DNA of 35,190 nucleotides from Actinomycetales bacterium (GTDB lineage Bacteria > Actinomycetota > Actinomycetes > Actinomycetales > DASROP01), in NCBI GenBank assembly GCA_038232615.1, contig JBBSNO010000002.1, forward strand, positions 1 through 35,190, given 5' to 3'. Positions 7,411 to 14,610 of this stretch are shown piece after piece. Made by a program: the position numbers and the translations under genes. The notes under the pieces were generated by a model. That model searched no databases. It was given only the letters and a program-made list of their open reading frames with translations, and had not been told where the DNA came from. Each line of letters starts with the position of its first letter. Position 1 is the first letter of the stretch.

Positions 7411-8991
7411 ATGGCAACTGGTTCGGACGTCGACCCGCAGCACGATCTGCTGCGGGGCGTGGCGCTGGCCGTTCAGGGACTGAGCCTGGTCAACGAGGCG
7501 GCGTGCTGGTCGCTGTCGGACGCGCAGGCCCGCGCCGCGCTCAGCGAGGTCACCCGGTTGCAGGCCGTGGTGCGAGCCGCCTACCTGAAGCTGCTGGCCG
7601 AGTCGGCGAACCGCGACGTTCCCCGCCGCCGGGGGTGCACGGCCACCGGCGCGGACGGTGCCACGACCGACGACGCGGACGACGTCACGGGCGGCGGCCT
7701 CGTGCCGGCGGTGGCGGAGACGTGCGCGTGGCTGGCCGACCAGCACCGTCTGTCGGCTGCGCGGGTCCGTTCGGACCTCCGCGCTGCCCGGGTCCTGGAC
7801 CCGGTCGGCGGTGACCTGGCCTCCCTGGGTCGTGAGCTGACCGCGGGGCGGATCACGCCCGAGCACGCCGGGATCGGGGTCCGGGCCCTGGCCCAGATCC
7901 CGGTCAAGACCCGGCTCGAGCTGCGTGACCGTATCGACACCACGTTGACGGGCAACGCGAGAGACTTCGCCCCGCCGGCGATGGAGATCCTGGCCCGGCA
8001 CCTGCTGGACACCATCGAACCGGACCGGGCCAGGCACTTCGACGCCCTGGCCGACCAGCGCCGCGAGGTCTACGTCGCGACCGACTCCACCGGGATGCTG
8101 ATCATTCGTGGACAGCTCGAACCCGCCGGCGGGGCAGGGTTCAAGGGCATGCTCGACCATCTCTCCGCGCCCCACCGCGGGCCTGCCGACACCTATGGCA
8201 ACGGTGGGGGCGGGACCGGGCAGACCGAGATCACCGTCAACGACCTGCGCACCCCCGGCCAGCGCCGCCACGATGCGCTGATCGAGATGGTGCGCCTGGC
8301 ATCGGGGAACCTGGGCGCCGGAGTTCGCGCCGGGGAACCCGCCCGCGTCGTCGTGCACACCGACACGTACCAGCTCGCCGCCATCACCGCCGGCGACGGC
8401 ACCGCCTTCGGCAGACCCGACGAGGACCCGCAGGAGCCGAACGGGTCGTGCGAGCTACCCGGGGCACTGCCACCCGCAGCGACGCTGGCGCCGGGGTCGG
8501 CGACCTGCGAGCAGACCGGCCCGATCAGCCACGCCACCCTCGGGCGGCTGGCCTGCGACGCGATCATCGACCGGATCCTGCTCGACCCGAACGGCACGGT
8601 CCTGCAGATGCAGACCCTCGGACGGCTTTTCACCGCAGCCCAACGACGCGCCCTCGGCGCCCGCGACGGAGGGTGCGCCTTCCCAGGCTGCGACCGGCCC
8701 CCGAGCTGGTGCGACGCGCACCACATCATCTTCTGGTCGAACGGCGGCCCCACCACCGTCGCCAACGGGGTCCTGCTGTGCGGTCCGCACCACACCACGA
8801 TCCACCTCGGCCACTGGGCGATCGTGATGCGAGACGGCCTGCCCTGGTTCGTCCCCCCAGCACACCTGGACCCCGGCCGGACACCCCTGCGCAACACCCT
8901 CCGCGAAGCCATCGCCCGAACCCGCAAGCACGGACAGCAGCTCGCCCTCCGCCTCCAGCGTGGCGGCGTGCCGCCGCCCGACACCAGCTGA
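7411..8991 (+). CDS. DUF222 domain / HNH endonuclease (REP13E12-type)
   Basis: C-terminal CAFPGCDRPPSWCDAHHIIFWSNGGPTTVANGVLLCGPHHTTIH is the HNH signature. The long N-terminal region is typical of the actinobacterial DUF222 family. Confidence 0.9.
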   Translation: MATGSDVDPQHDLLRGVALAVQGLSLVNEAACWSLSDAQARAALSEVTRLQAVVRAAYLKLLAESANRDVPRRRGCTATGADGATTDDADDVTGGGLVPAVAETCAWLADQHRLSAARVRSDLRAARVLDPVGGDLASLGRELTAGRITPEHAGIGVRALAQIPVKTRLELRDRIDTTLTGNARDFAPPAMEILARHLLDTIEPDRARHFDALADQRREVYVATDSTGMLIIRGQLEPAGGAGFKGMLDHLSAPHRGPADTYGNGGGGTGQTEITVNDLRTPGQRRHDALIEMVRLASGNLGAGVRAGEPARVVVHTDTYQLAAITAGDGTAFGRPDEDPQEPNGSCELPGALPPAATLAPGSATCEQTGPISHATLGRLACDAIIDRILLDPNGTVLQMQTLGRLFTAAQRRALGARDGGCAFPGCDRPPSWCDAHHIIFWSNGGPTTVANGVLLCGPHHTTIHLGHWAIVMRDGLPWFVPPAHLDPGRTPLRNTLREAIARTRKHGQQLALRLQRGGVPPPDTS

Positions 8992-9026
8992 GGGCTGTTC
9001 ACTGCAGGAAGACTGGGCGGTCCGAA

Positions 9027-9623
9027 TCAAGAACGCGCCAGCAGCAGCACACGAGCGGTGTAGCCGCCTCGGGTGACGACGTCCCGGCGGACGACGAGCT
9101 CGGCGTCGTCGATCGACTCGTCGAGGTCATGCGGCACAGTCAGTGCCCCGCTACCGCCGACGAGACTGGCTGTCACGGTGCGGACGGCGCAGCCGAGCAA
9201 GGTCGAGGCCGGCGCCGGCACGACCACGACGCAGCGGCCGCCGGGGCGTAGCACCCGGGCGACCTCGCGCAGGCACTCCCGGCGGGCAGGAGAGTCCAGC
9301 ACGTGCAGCAGCCAGCCAGCCACGGCGAGGTCGACCACGCCGTCACCGACCGGGAGCCGCGTCACGTCGGCGCGGACCACGCCCTGACCCGTGCTGCGGG
9401 CGCGAGCAAGCATCCGTGGCGAGGTGTCGATGCCGACCCACCGGTCGGGGTCGCCCAGCCTCGACCGACGCATCTCGCGCACCGCCGTCCCGGGGCCGCA
9501 CGCCAGGTCCAGCACGACGTCGTCCGCGGCGGGCAAGGCCATGCGCAGCGCCGTCCGCCACGACGTCCGCTCGGCGGGTTCCTGCACCTGGTACCAGGTG
9601 GCGACGTCGTTCCAGACCGTCAC
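9027..9623 (-). CDS. class I SAM-dependent methyltransferase (small-molecule type)
   Basis: Motif I VLDLACGPG and LRPGGRCVVV (post-I/II) are present. The protein is 198 aa. The GTG start overlaps the upstream stop (GTGA). Confidence 0.85.
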   Translation of the reverse strand: MTVWNDVATWYQVQEPAERTSWRTALRMALPAADDVVLDLACGPGTAVREMRRSRLGDPDRWVGIDTSPRMLARARSTGQGVVRADVTRLPVGDGVVDLAVAGWLLHVLDSPARRECLREVARVLRPGGRCVVVVPAPASTLLGCAVRTVTASLVGGSGALTVPHDLDESIDDAELVVRRDVVTRGGYTARVLLLARS

Positions 9624-10159
9624 GAGGCCGCCCGCCCGAGACCGGGGACGACCTCGGCGCCCGGTAAAGCCGCGAGGTCAGCGCCAGGCAGGGCCAGCTT
9701 CGATCGCCGGGAACCGCTGCCGATCACGACGATCGGGACCGCGAGCACGTCGGCGTCCACGAGCAGTCGCCACGTCGCTGGCAGGCCGACCGGTGTGATG
9801 CCGCCGTACTCCATGCCGCTGCCCTCGACGGCGACGTCCATCCCGAGGAACGAGGCCTTGCGGACGTCGAGCACCCGGCGCACGACGGTGTTGACGTCGG
9901 CCCGCGTGGTGGCCAGGACCACGCAGGCCGCGACCCGCTGATCCCCGTCACGGCGTCCGGCCACGACGACGCAGTTGGCCGAGGCGGCAGCCGGGACGCC
10001 GTGGACCCGGACGAGCTCGGCGGTGTCCGCGACGTCGGGGTCGATCTGGGCGACGTGCACCCGCGCGGCGGCGTCCCAGGACTGCAGGGCCCGGTTGACG
10101 GGCTCGGCCAGCAGGTCCGGCCGGGTCAGGGCAGGCACCCAGTCGAGATCACCGATCAC
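9620..10159 (-). CDS. YbaK/EbsC (ProX-like) aminoacyl-tRNA deacylase family protein
   Basis: ACVVLATTRADVNTVVRRVLDVRKASFLGMD..GMEYGGITPVGLP...VIGSGSRRSKL resembles the YbaK/prolyl-tRNA editing domain. Start placed at GTG 10159, which forms a GTGA overlap with the upstream gene. Confidence 0.75.
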   Translation of the reverse strand: MIGDLDWVPALTRPDLLAEPVNRALQSWDAAARVHVAQIDPDVADTAELVRVHGVPAAASANCVVVAGRRDGDQRVAACVVLATTRADVNTVVRRVLDVRKASFLGMDVAVEGSGMEYGGITPVGLPATWRLLVDADVLAVPIVVIGSGSRRSKLALPGADLAALPGAEVVPGLGRAAS

Positions 10160-10674
10160 CGCGCCGCCTCGCGGTGTCCCCGCTGGCGCAGGCGCAACGG
10201 CATCAGCACCCAGAAGGCGAGGAACCACAAGGAGACGCCGCCGGTGATGGCGTACGCGGCGGTCCGTGAGAGCAGGGCGTCGAGCGCGAGCAGGCAGCCA
10301 CCCAGCATCGCGGCCAGCAGCAGCCCCAGCCCACCGGTCGCCAGGCGCGAGCTGATCCGGACCAGCACCTCCTTCAAGTGGCGCTGGAACACGGTGCGGT
10401 GCACGGCGACCGGTGCGATCAGCAGGCTCGTCGCCAACGCAGCCAGCACCAAGGTCGCCGCCAGCAGACGATGCTCGAAGGCTCCGGCGTCCTGGATGTA
10501 GGGCGTGAAGGCGACGGTCAGCAGGAACGCGAACAGGATCTGGGTACCGGCCTGGACGACGCGCAGCTCCTGCAGCAGCTCGCTGAAGTTGCGGTCGAGC
10601 CGTTCGTCGTCGCTCTCGCGGCGTCCCGAGACGCTGTTGACCGGCGTCCCACCGTCGTCAACTTCACGCGTCAT
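10156..10674 (-). CDS. DUF6328 family membrane protein
   Basis: ERLDRNFSELLQELRVVQAGTQILFAFLLTVAFT followed by 3 further TM segments is the pattern I associate with DUF6328. ATG 10674 is preceded by TAGCGT-N6. Confidence 0.75.
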   Translation of the reverse strand: MTREVDDGGTPVNSVSGRRESDDERLDRNFSELLQELRVVQAGTQILFAFLLTVAFTPYIQDAGAFEHRLLAATLVLAALATSLLIAPVAVHRTVFQRHLKEVLVRISSRLATGGLGLLLAAMLGGCLLALDALLSRTAAYAITGGVSLWFLAFWVLMPLRLRQRGHREAAR

Positions 10675-10680
10675 GGCAGC

Positions 10681-10686
10681 ACGCTA
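10681..10686 (-). promoter_or_regulatory. putative -10 box TAGCGT for the leaderless DUF6328-YbaK-methyltransferase operon
   Basis: Minus strand reads TAGCGT-N6-ATG(10674). Confidence 0.4.
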
Positions 10687-10722
10687 GACCGGACGACGTC
10701 GCGGTGAGCGGCTGACGAGCGC

Positions 10723-10989
10723 TCAGTCCGCCGGTGGTCGGGGCAGCGGGACGTCGTCGACCGCGGTGCACCGGCGGTGCTCCTCGGCCGCGCGCTGGGC
10801 CTGCCGCTCGGCGAGGAACCCGGTGTCGACGCCGCAGTCGTGGCAGATCGCGAACGCCCGGTCGCCGAGGTGGACCACCTCGACGGCGTGGGGGTGGCAG
10901 CCGGACGCGCGCACGGAGTGCCCGTGGTCGCGGCGGTGCGCCGCTCTGCACGTGGCGTCTGCGACGACTGCGTGGATCGAGGTGTCCAT
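10723..10989 (-). CDS. small Cys/His-rich hypothetical protein (88 aa)
   Basis: ATG 10989 is preceded by GGAG 7 nt upstream. The sequence carries C..HRRDHGH...GCHPH...CHDCG, a possible metal-binding pattern. The longer ORF-track version (to 11406) has no coding character upstream. Confidence 0.5.
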   Translation of the reverse strand: MDTSIHAVVADATCRAAHRRDHGHSVRASGCHPHAVEVVHLGDRAFAICHDCGVDTGFLAERQAQRAAEEHRRCTAVDDVPLPRPPAD

Positions 10990-11130
10990 GACGGTGCTCC
11001 GTCGGTGTCGGCCCGCGCGCCGGTGCGTGGGCGTTGACGCAGTATCGACCGGTGTGCAGCGCGTCTGAAGCGACCATCGCGGCGTGTCGCGATCGGGTGT
11101 TCGGACGCCGAGGCTGCGACACTCACCGAC

Positions 11131-11463
11131 ATGCAGAAGACCTCTCTCACCGCGCTGGTCCGCCAGCACCTGGAGACCGCAGCGCAGGCGTCGAGCGGGC
11201 GCAGTGCACACACGGTCTTCGGCGGCCACGAGCACGTCCTGCGACAGACCTTGATCGCACTGACGGCGGGACAGAGCCTGGCCGAGCACGAGAACCCCGG
11301 CGAGGCCACGCTCCAGGTGCTGCGCGGACGGGTACGCCTCGTCACGGACGACACCTCGTGGGACGGCGTCGCCGGGGACCACCTCGTGATCCCGGACAGC
11401 CGCCACAGCCTGGAGGCGCTGGAGGACTCGGCGGTGCTCCTGACCGTGGCCAAGATCGGCTAG
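11131..11463 (+). CDS. cupin domain-containing protein
   Basis: The 110-aa protein contains LAEHENPGEATLQVLRGRVRL...GDHLVIPDSRHSLEA, i.e. cupin motifs 1 and 2. GACACT-N7-ATG lies upstream. Confidence 0.8.
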   Translation: MQKTSLTALVRQHLETAAQASSGRSAHTVFGGHEHVLRQTLIALTAGQSLAEHENPGEATLQVLRGRVRLVTDDTSWDGVAGDHLVIPDSRHSLEALEDSAVLLTVAKIG

Positions 11464-11469
11464 CAGCCC

Positions 11470-11520
11470 GCCCTACGCGCACGCATCAGCCTTACGCCTT
11501 CGCAGTGCGAGACGTAGGGC
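11470..11520. terminator. compound hairpin between convergent cupin gene and tRNA-Leu (possible bidirectional terminator)
   Basis: GCCCTACGCGCAC (11470-11482) pairs with GTGCG-aga-CGTAGGGC (11505-20), giving 13 bp with a 3-nt bulge. There is no U-tract. Confidence 0.35.
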
Positions 11521-11528
11521 TCCGACCG

Positions 11529-11611
11529 TGTCCGGAGGGGGACTTGAACCCCCACGCCCGTTAGGGCACTAGCACCTCAAGCTAGCGCGTCTGCCATTCC
11601 GCCACCCGGAC
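11529..11611 (-). tRNA. tRNA-Leu (anticodon GAG), class II with long variable arm; CCA not encoded
   Basis: I folded it by hand. Acceptor GTCCGGG/TCCGGAC, D-arm GCG-GAATGGCAGA-CGC, anticodon stem CTAGC/GCTAG with loop TT-GAG-GT, variable arm TGCCCTAACGGGCGT, T-arm GGGGG-TTCAAGT-CCCCC, discriminator A. Total 83 nt. Confidence 0.92.
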
Positions 11612-11716
11612 GAGGTGGCCCCGGCGGGCCCGTCGCGGGCCGCCTGAGCGGGCATGACGATAGCACGCAGAACGGTTCTGGCCGCCCGCGCCCGGGTGCC
11701 CCGGACCCGCCTCGGC

Positions 11717-11722
11717 TAGCGT
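11717..11722 (+). promoter_or_regulatory. putative -10 box TAGCGT for the leaderless M20 peptidase gene
   Basis: TAGCGT-N7-ATG(11730). Confidence 0.4.
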
Positions 11723-11729
11723 GCCGAGC

Positions 11730-13079
11730 ATGACGCCGACACCCCAGGCCCCCACAGGTTCGAGCCCGGCGGACGGCGGCGCGTCGCGCGCCGAGACAGA
11801 GGTCGTGGACCTCTGCCGTGATCTGCTGCGGATCGACACGTCCAACTACGGCGACGGTTCCGGGCCGGGGGAGCGCCAGGCCGCCGAGCACGTCATGGGG
11901 CTGCTCGACGAGGTGGGGTTGACCGGTGAGCTCGTCGAGAGCGACCCGGGCCGCGCGAGCGTCGTCCTGCGGGTGGAGGGCGAGGACCCCGGCCGCGACG
12001 CCCTGCTCGTGCACGGGCACCTCGACGTCGTCCCGGCCCAGGCCTCCGACTGGCAGGTCGACCCCTTCGCAGGCGAGGAGCTCGACGGGTGCCTGTGGGG
12101 TCGCGGCGCCGTGGACATGAAGGGCATGGACGCGATGATGCTCGCCGTCCTGCGCGACATGACCCGCGCGGGACGCAAGCCCCCGCGCGACGTCGTGTTC
12201 GCGTTCCTCGCCGACGAGGAGGCGGGTGGCCTCAAGGGCGGGCACCACCTCGTCGAGCACCGCAAGGACCTGTTCGAGGGTGTGAGCGAGGCCATCAGCG
12301 AGGTCGGGGGGTTCTCGATCGACGTCGAAGGCCAGCGCTGCTACCTGCTCCAGACCGCGGAGAAGGGCATCCAGTGGCTGCGCCTGGTGGCCCACGGCAG
12401 GGCCGGCCACGGCAGCCAGGTGGGTACCGACAACGCCGTCACCCGGCTGTGCGAGGCGGTCGCGCGCATCGGCCGCTACGAGTGGCCGGTCGAGGTCACC
12501 CCCGCCGTCGGTGAGTTCCTGGACGGCGTCAGCGAGATCATCGGCCGGCCGCTCGACCCGAACGACCCGGAGCAGCTCACGCAGGTGCTGGGGACGACCG
12601 CTCGCTGGGTCGGCGCGACGCTGCAGAACACCAGCAACCCGACCCTGCTCGACGCCGGCTACAAGCACAACGTCATCCCGGGGACGGCGACCGCCCTGGT
12701 CGACACGCGCTTCCTGTACGGCCAGGAGGATCAGCTCCTGGACACGGTCCGTGAGCTGGCGGGTGAGCGGGTCGACGTGGAGGTGCTGCACCGCGACGTC
12801 GCCCTGCAGACCGACATGCAGGGCGCGCTGCCGGACGCGATGGTGGCTGCCCTGCTGGCGGAGGACCCCGGCGCGAAGGTGCTGCCCTACTGCCTCTCGG
12901 GCGGGACGGACAACAAGTCGTTCAGCCGGCTCGGCATCCGCGGGTTCGGGTTCGCCCCGCTGCAGCTGCCCGCCGGCCTCGACTTCGCCGGCATGTTTCA
13001 CGGGATCGACGAGCGGGTCCCCACCGACGCCCTGCAGTTCGGCACCCGTGTCCTGGACCGGCTGCTGCGAACCTGCTGA
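11730..13079 (+). CDS. M20/M25/M40 family metallopeptidase (DapE/ArgE-like dipeptidase)
   Basis: LLVHGHLDVVPA (metal-binding HxD), FLADEEAGG (catalytic/metal EE) and a dimerisation-domain-sized insert are present. Start set at ATG 11730; the in-frame GTG 11721 overlaps the -10 box. Confidence 0.9.
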   Translation: MTPTPQAPTGSSPADGGASRAETEVVDLCRDLLRIDTSNYGDGSGPGERQAAEHVMGLLDEVGLTGELVESDPGRASVVLRVEGEDPGRDALLVHGHLDVVPAQASDWQVDPFAGEELDGCLWGRGAVDMKGMDAMMLAVLRDMTRAGRKPPRDVVFAFLADEEAGGLKGGHHLVEHRKDLFEGVSEAISEVGGFSIDVEGQRCYLLQTAEKGIQWLRLVAHGRAGHGSQVGTDNAVTRLCEAVARIGRYEWPVEVTPAVGEFLDGVSEIIGRPLDPNDPEQLTQVLGTTARWVGATLQNTSNPTLLDAGYKHNVIPGTATALVDTRFLYGQEDQLLDTVRELAGERVDVEVLHRDVALQTDMQGALPDAMVAALLAEDPGAKVLPYCLSGGTDNKSFSRLGIRGFGFAPLQLPAGLDFAGMFHGIDERVPTDALQFGTRVLDRLLRTC

Positions 13080-13089
13080 GCACGTGTTC

Positions 13090-13120
13090 CCGCGCCGGCG
13101 CCGGACGCGTGCCGGCGCGG
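13090..13120 (+). terminator. GC-rich hairpin downstream of the M20 gene
   Basis: CCGCGCCGGC (13090-13099) pairs with GCCGGCGCGG (13111-13120), a 10-bp stem with an 11-nt loop. There is no U-tract, which is common in actinobacteria. Confidence 0.35.
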
Positions 13121-13185
13121 CGTGACCGTTGCCGTCGGCGCTCGGTGTAGGGATGCCATCAGAGCACCTCGACAGGAGCACAGCC

Positions 13186-13864
13186 ATGACCGTGCGCAGC
13201 GGGTGGACCGCAGCCGTGACCGGTCTCCTGCTCCTGGGGGGTGCGGGTGCGGCCGCGTCGGACCCGCTCGACGTGCCGCCGACGGTGGGGGTGACGGCTC
13301 CCGCGGTCGACGACGCGCGTGCCCTCCCGCTGCCACCGGCCCCGCTGCCTGTCGCGCCCCTGCCTGTCGCGCCCCTGCCTCCTGCCCCGGTCCCGGTCCT
13401 GCCGGCGCCCGCGCCGCCGTCCGCCCCGCCCGGTGAGAGCACTGCCCCGAAGCCCGTCTCCGCGACCCCTGCGTCGGCGCCCGGCCTCCGCTCCCGGGGT
13501 GCGGCGCACGGAGGTGGCGCGAGCCGTCATGGCTGGCGACGCCTTCCTGGCCCGGACGCCCCAGACGTGCGTCCGGCTCGACCCGGACGGTCCGTCCGAG
13601 GCCAGGGACCCAGTGGTCGTGCGGCTGACCGTCGACGTGTGGATCGACCTGACCAACGCCGGAGCCGTGGTCGAGGACCTGGTCACCTCCTGTGCCGGCG
13701 ACGACCGCCGGCACACCGGGCGGGGGGACGGCGAGACAGCAGTCCTGTCGGCCGCGGCGGACAGCCTGGCGATGACCGGCGCGTCGATCTCCCGCGTCGC
13801 CGCGGCCGGTCTCGGGCTCGCCCTGATGGGCTCGGCCCTGCGCGGCCGGCGACGACGCGTCTGA
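13186..13864 (+). pseudogene. LAXTG-anchored Pro-rich surface protein, reading frame interrupted near 13480-13500 (frameshift or sequencing error)
   Basis: Frame 1 carries SD AGGAG, ATG 13186, signal peptide MTVRSGWTAAVTGLLLLGGAGAAAS and a PLPVA-rich region, then decays into Arg/Gly junk with low GC3. From about 13499 frame 2 has high GC3. Frame 2 ends in LAMTG + hydrophobic AAAGLGLALMGSAL + RGRRRRV + TGA 13862-13864, a sortase sorting signal. Confidence 0.55.
13342..13386. repeat. three in-frame 15-bp tandem units (PLPVA/PLPVA/PLPPA)
   Basis: CCGCTGCCTGTCGCG / CCCCTGCCTGTCGCG / CCCCTGCCTCCTGCC. Confidence 0.85.
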
Positions 13865-13906
13865 CGCGCCGGACGACGACTCAGGGACCAGCGGACCGGG
13901 AACGCG

Positions 13907-14146
13907 TCAGGCGGTCCGCTCGACACGCAGGATGCGGCGCCGCAGCCAGACCTTGCGGGCGCCCCCGACGTACAGCCGCACCCTGGCCAGCTCCCACCGC
14001 CCGTACTCCGCGTGCTCGGTCAGCATCCTGCCGGCCTCGTTCCGGTCGGTGCCGCGGGGCAGCGTCAGCACACGGAACTCGAACTGCGGTCGAGGGCCCG
14101 CAGTGGTGCTCGAGGGGTGCTGGGGAAGGGGTTCGGCGTCGTCCAT
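13907..14146 (-). CDS. DUF5703 family protein
   Basis: FEFRVLTLPRGTDRNEAGRMLTEHAEYGRWELARVRLYVGGARKVWLRRRILRVERT matches the conserved actinobacterial DUF5703 pattern as I recall it. The start is ATG 14146 or GTG 14149. Confidence 0.8.
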   Translation of the reverse strand: MDDAEPLPQHPSSTTAGPRPQFEFRVLTLPRGTDRNEAGRMLTEHAEYGRWELARVRLYVGGARKVWLRRRILRVERTA

Positions 14147-14154
14147 CACTGCCC

Positions 14155-14160
14155 ATTCTG
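14155..14160 (-). promoter_or_regulatory. putative -10 box CAGAAT for the DUF5703 gene
   Basis: Minus strand reads CAGAAT-N8-ATG(14146). Confidence 0.3.
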
Positions 14161-14172
14161 CCCGCCTGCCAC

Positions 14173-14178
14173 TACGGT
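14173..14178 (+). promoter_or_regulatory. putative -10 box TACGGT for the leaderless acidic-protein gene
   Basis: TACGGT-N6-ATG(14185). Confidence 0.4.
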
Positions 14179-14184
14179 CGTGGC

Positions 14185-14610
14185 ATGACCACCCATCCGC
14201 GCGCCGCGCTCGACCGGCTGGTCGCCGCCCTGGAGTCCCACCTCACGGCGTCGGAGAACCGGCGCAGTGAGCGGGACCCCGCGGTCGAGGGTGCCTACCG
14301 GACGCTGGCGGACGCCTTCGAGACCTACGACGACGCGCTCTACGACGCGCACGGCGAGGTGACGCCGTTCGAGCTGTACGACGACCAGGAGGACGAGCGC
14401 GAGGACTCCGAGGACGACGACGCGGACGACGACTCCGATGACGAGGCGGACGACTCGGACGGCGAGGGCCGGCGCAGCGGGGCCGTGGCGGACGTCGACG
14501 ACCTCAGCGACGTGGAGGGCGACCACGACGACGAGGCGGCCGACCTGGGCCCCGACGACGACTACGAGTTCGAGCCCCGGCGGTCGTCGGAGACGTCGTC
14601 CAGGGCCTGA
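14185..14610 (+). CDS. hypothetical protein with helical N-terminal half and extremely acidic Asp/Glu-rich C-terminal half
   Basis: MTTHPRAALDRLVAALESHL...ELYDDQEDEREDSEDDDADDDSDDEADDSDGEG...; GC3 is high. This is the only plausible coding part of the 493-aa ORF-track entry 13129-14610. Confidence 0.7.
   Translation: MTTHPRAALDRLVAALESHLTASENRRSERDPAVEGAYRTLADAFETYDDALYDAHGEVTPFELYDDQEDEREDSEDDDADDDSDDEADDSDGEGRRSGAVADVDDLSDVEGDHDDEAADLGPDDDYEFEPRRSSETSSRA

Noticed and set aside
9019-9037. A possible degenerate third copy of the TGATCAAGGAAC motif (CCGAATCAAGAACGCG) on the far side of the HNH gene, which would bracket it.
   Set aside because: It needs two indels to align. It also overlaps the stop and last codons of the methyltransferase gene. 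This is too weak to claim.
7411-9623. HNH nuclease plus adjacent methyltransferase as a restriction-modification or defence pair.
   Set aside because: The methyltransferase is a 198-aa small-molecule-type class I enzyme with no DNA-methyltransferase motifs (no DPPY/NPPY or PCQ). It belongs to a different, convergent operon. DUF222/HNH genes are typically solitary.
13129-14610. A single 493-aa ORF spanning the surface-protein gene, the DUF5703 antisense and the acidic-protein gene.
   Set aside because: Only its first ~100 codons (the signal peptide and Pro-rich region from ATG 13186 to the frameshift near 13490) and its last 141 codons look coding. The middle is low-GC3 Arg-rich sequence, partly out of frame with the surface-protein gene (13500-13864) and partly antisense to the well-supported DUF5703 gene.
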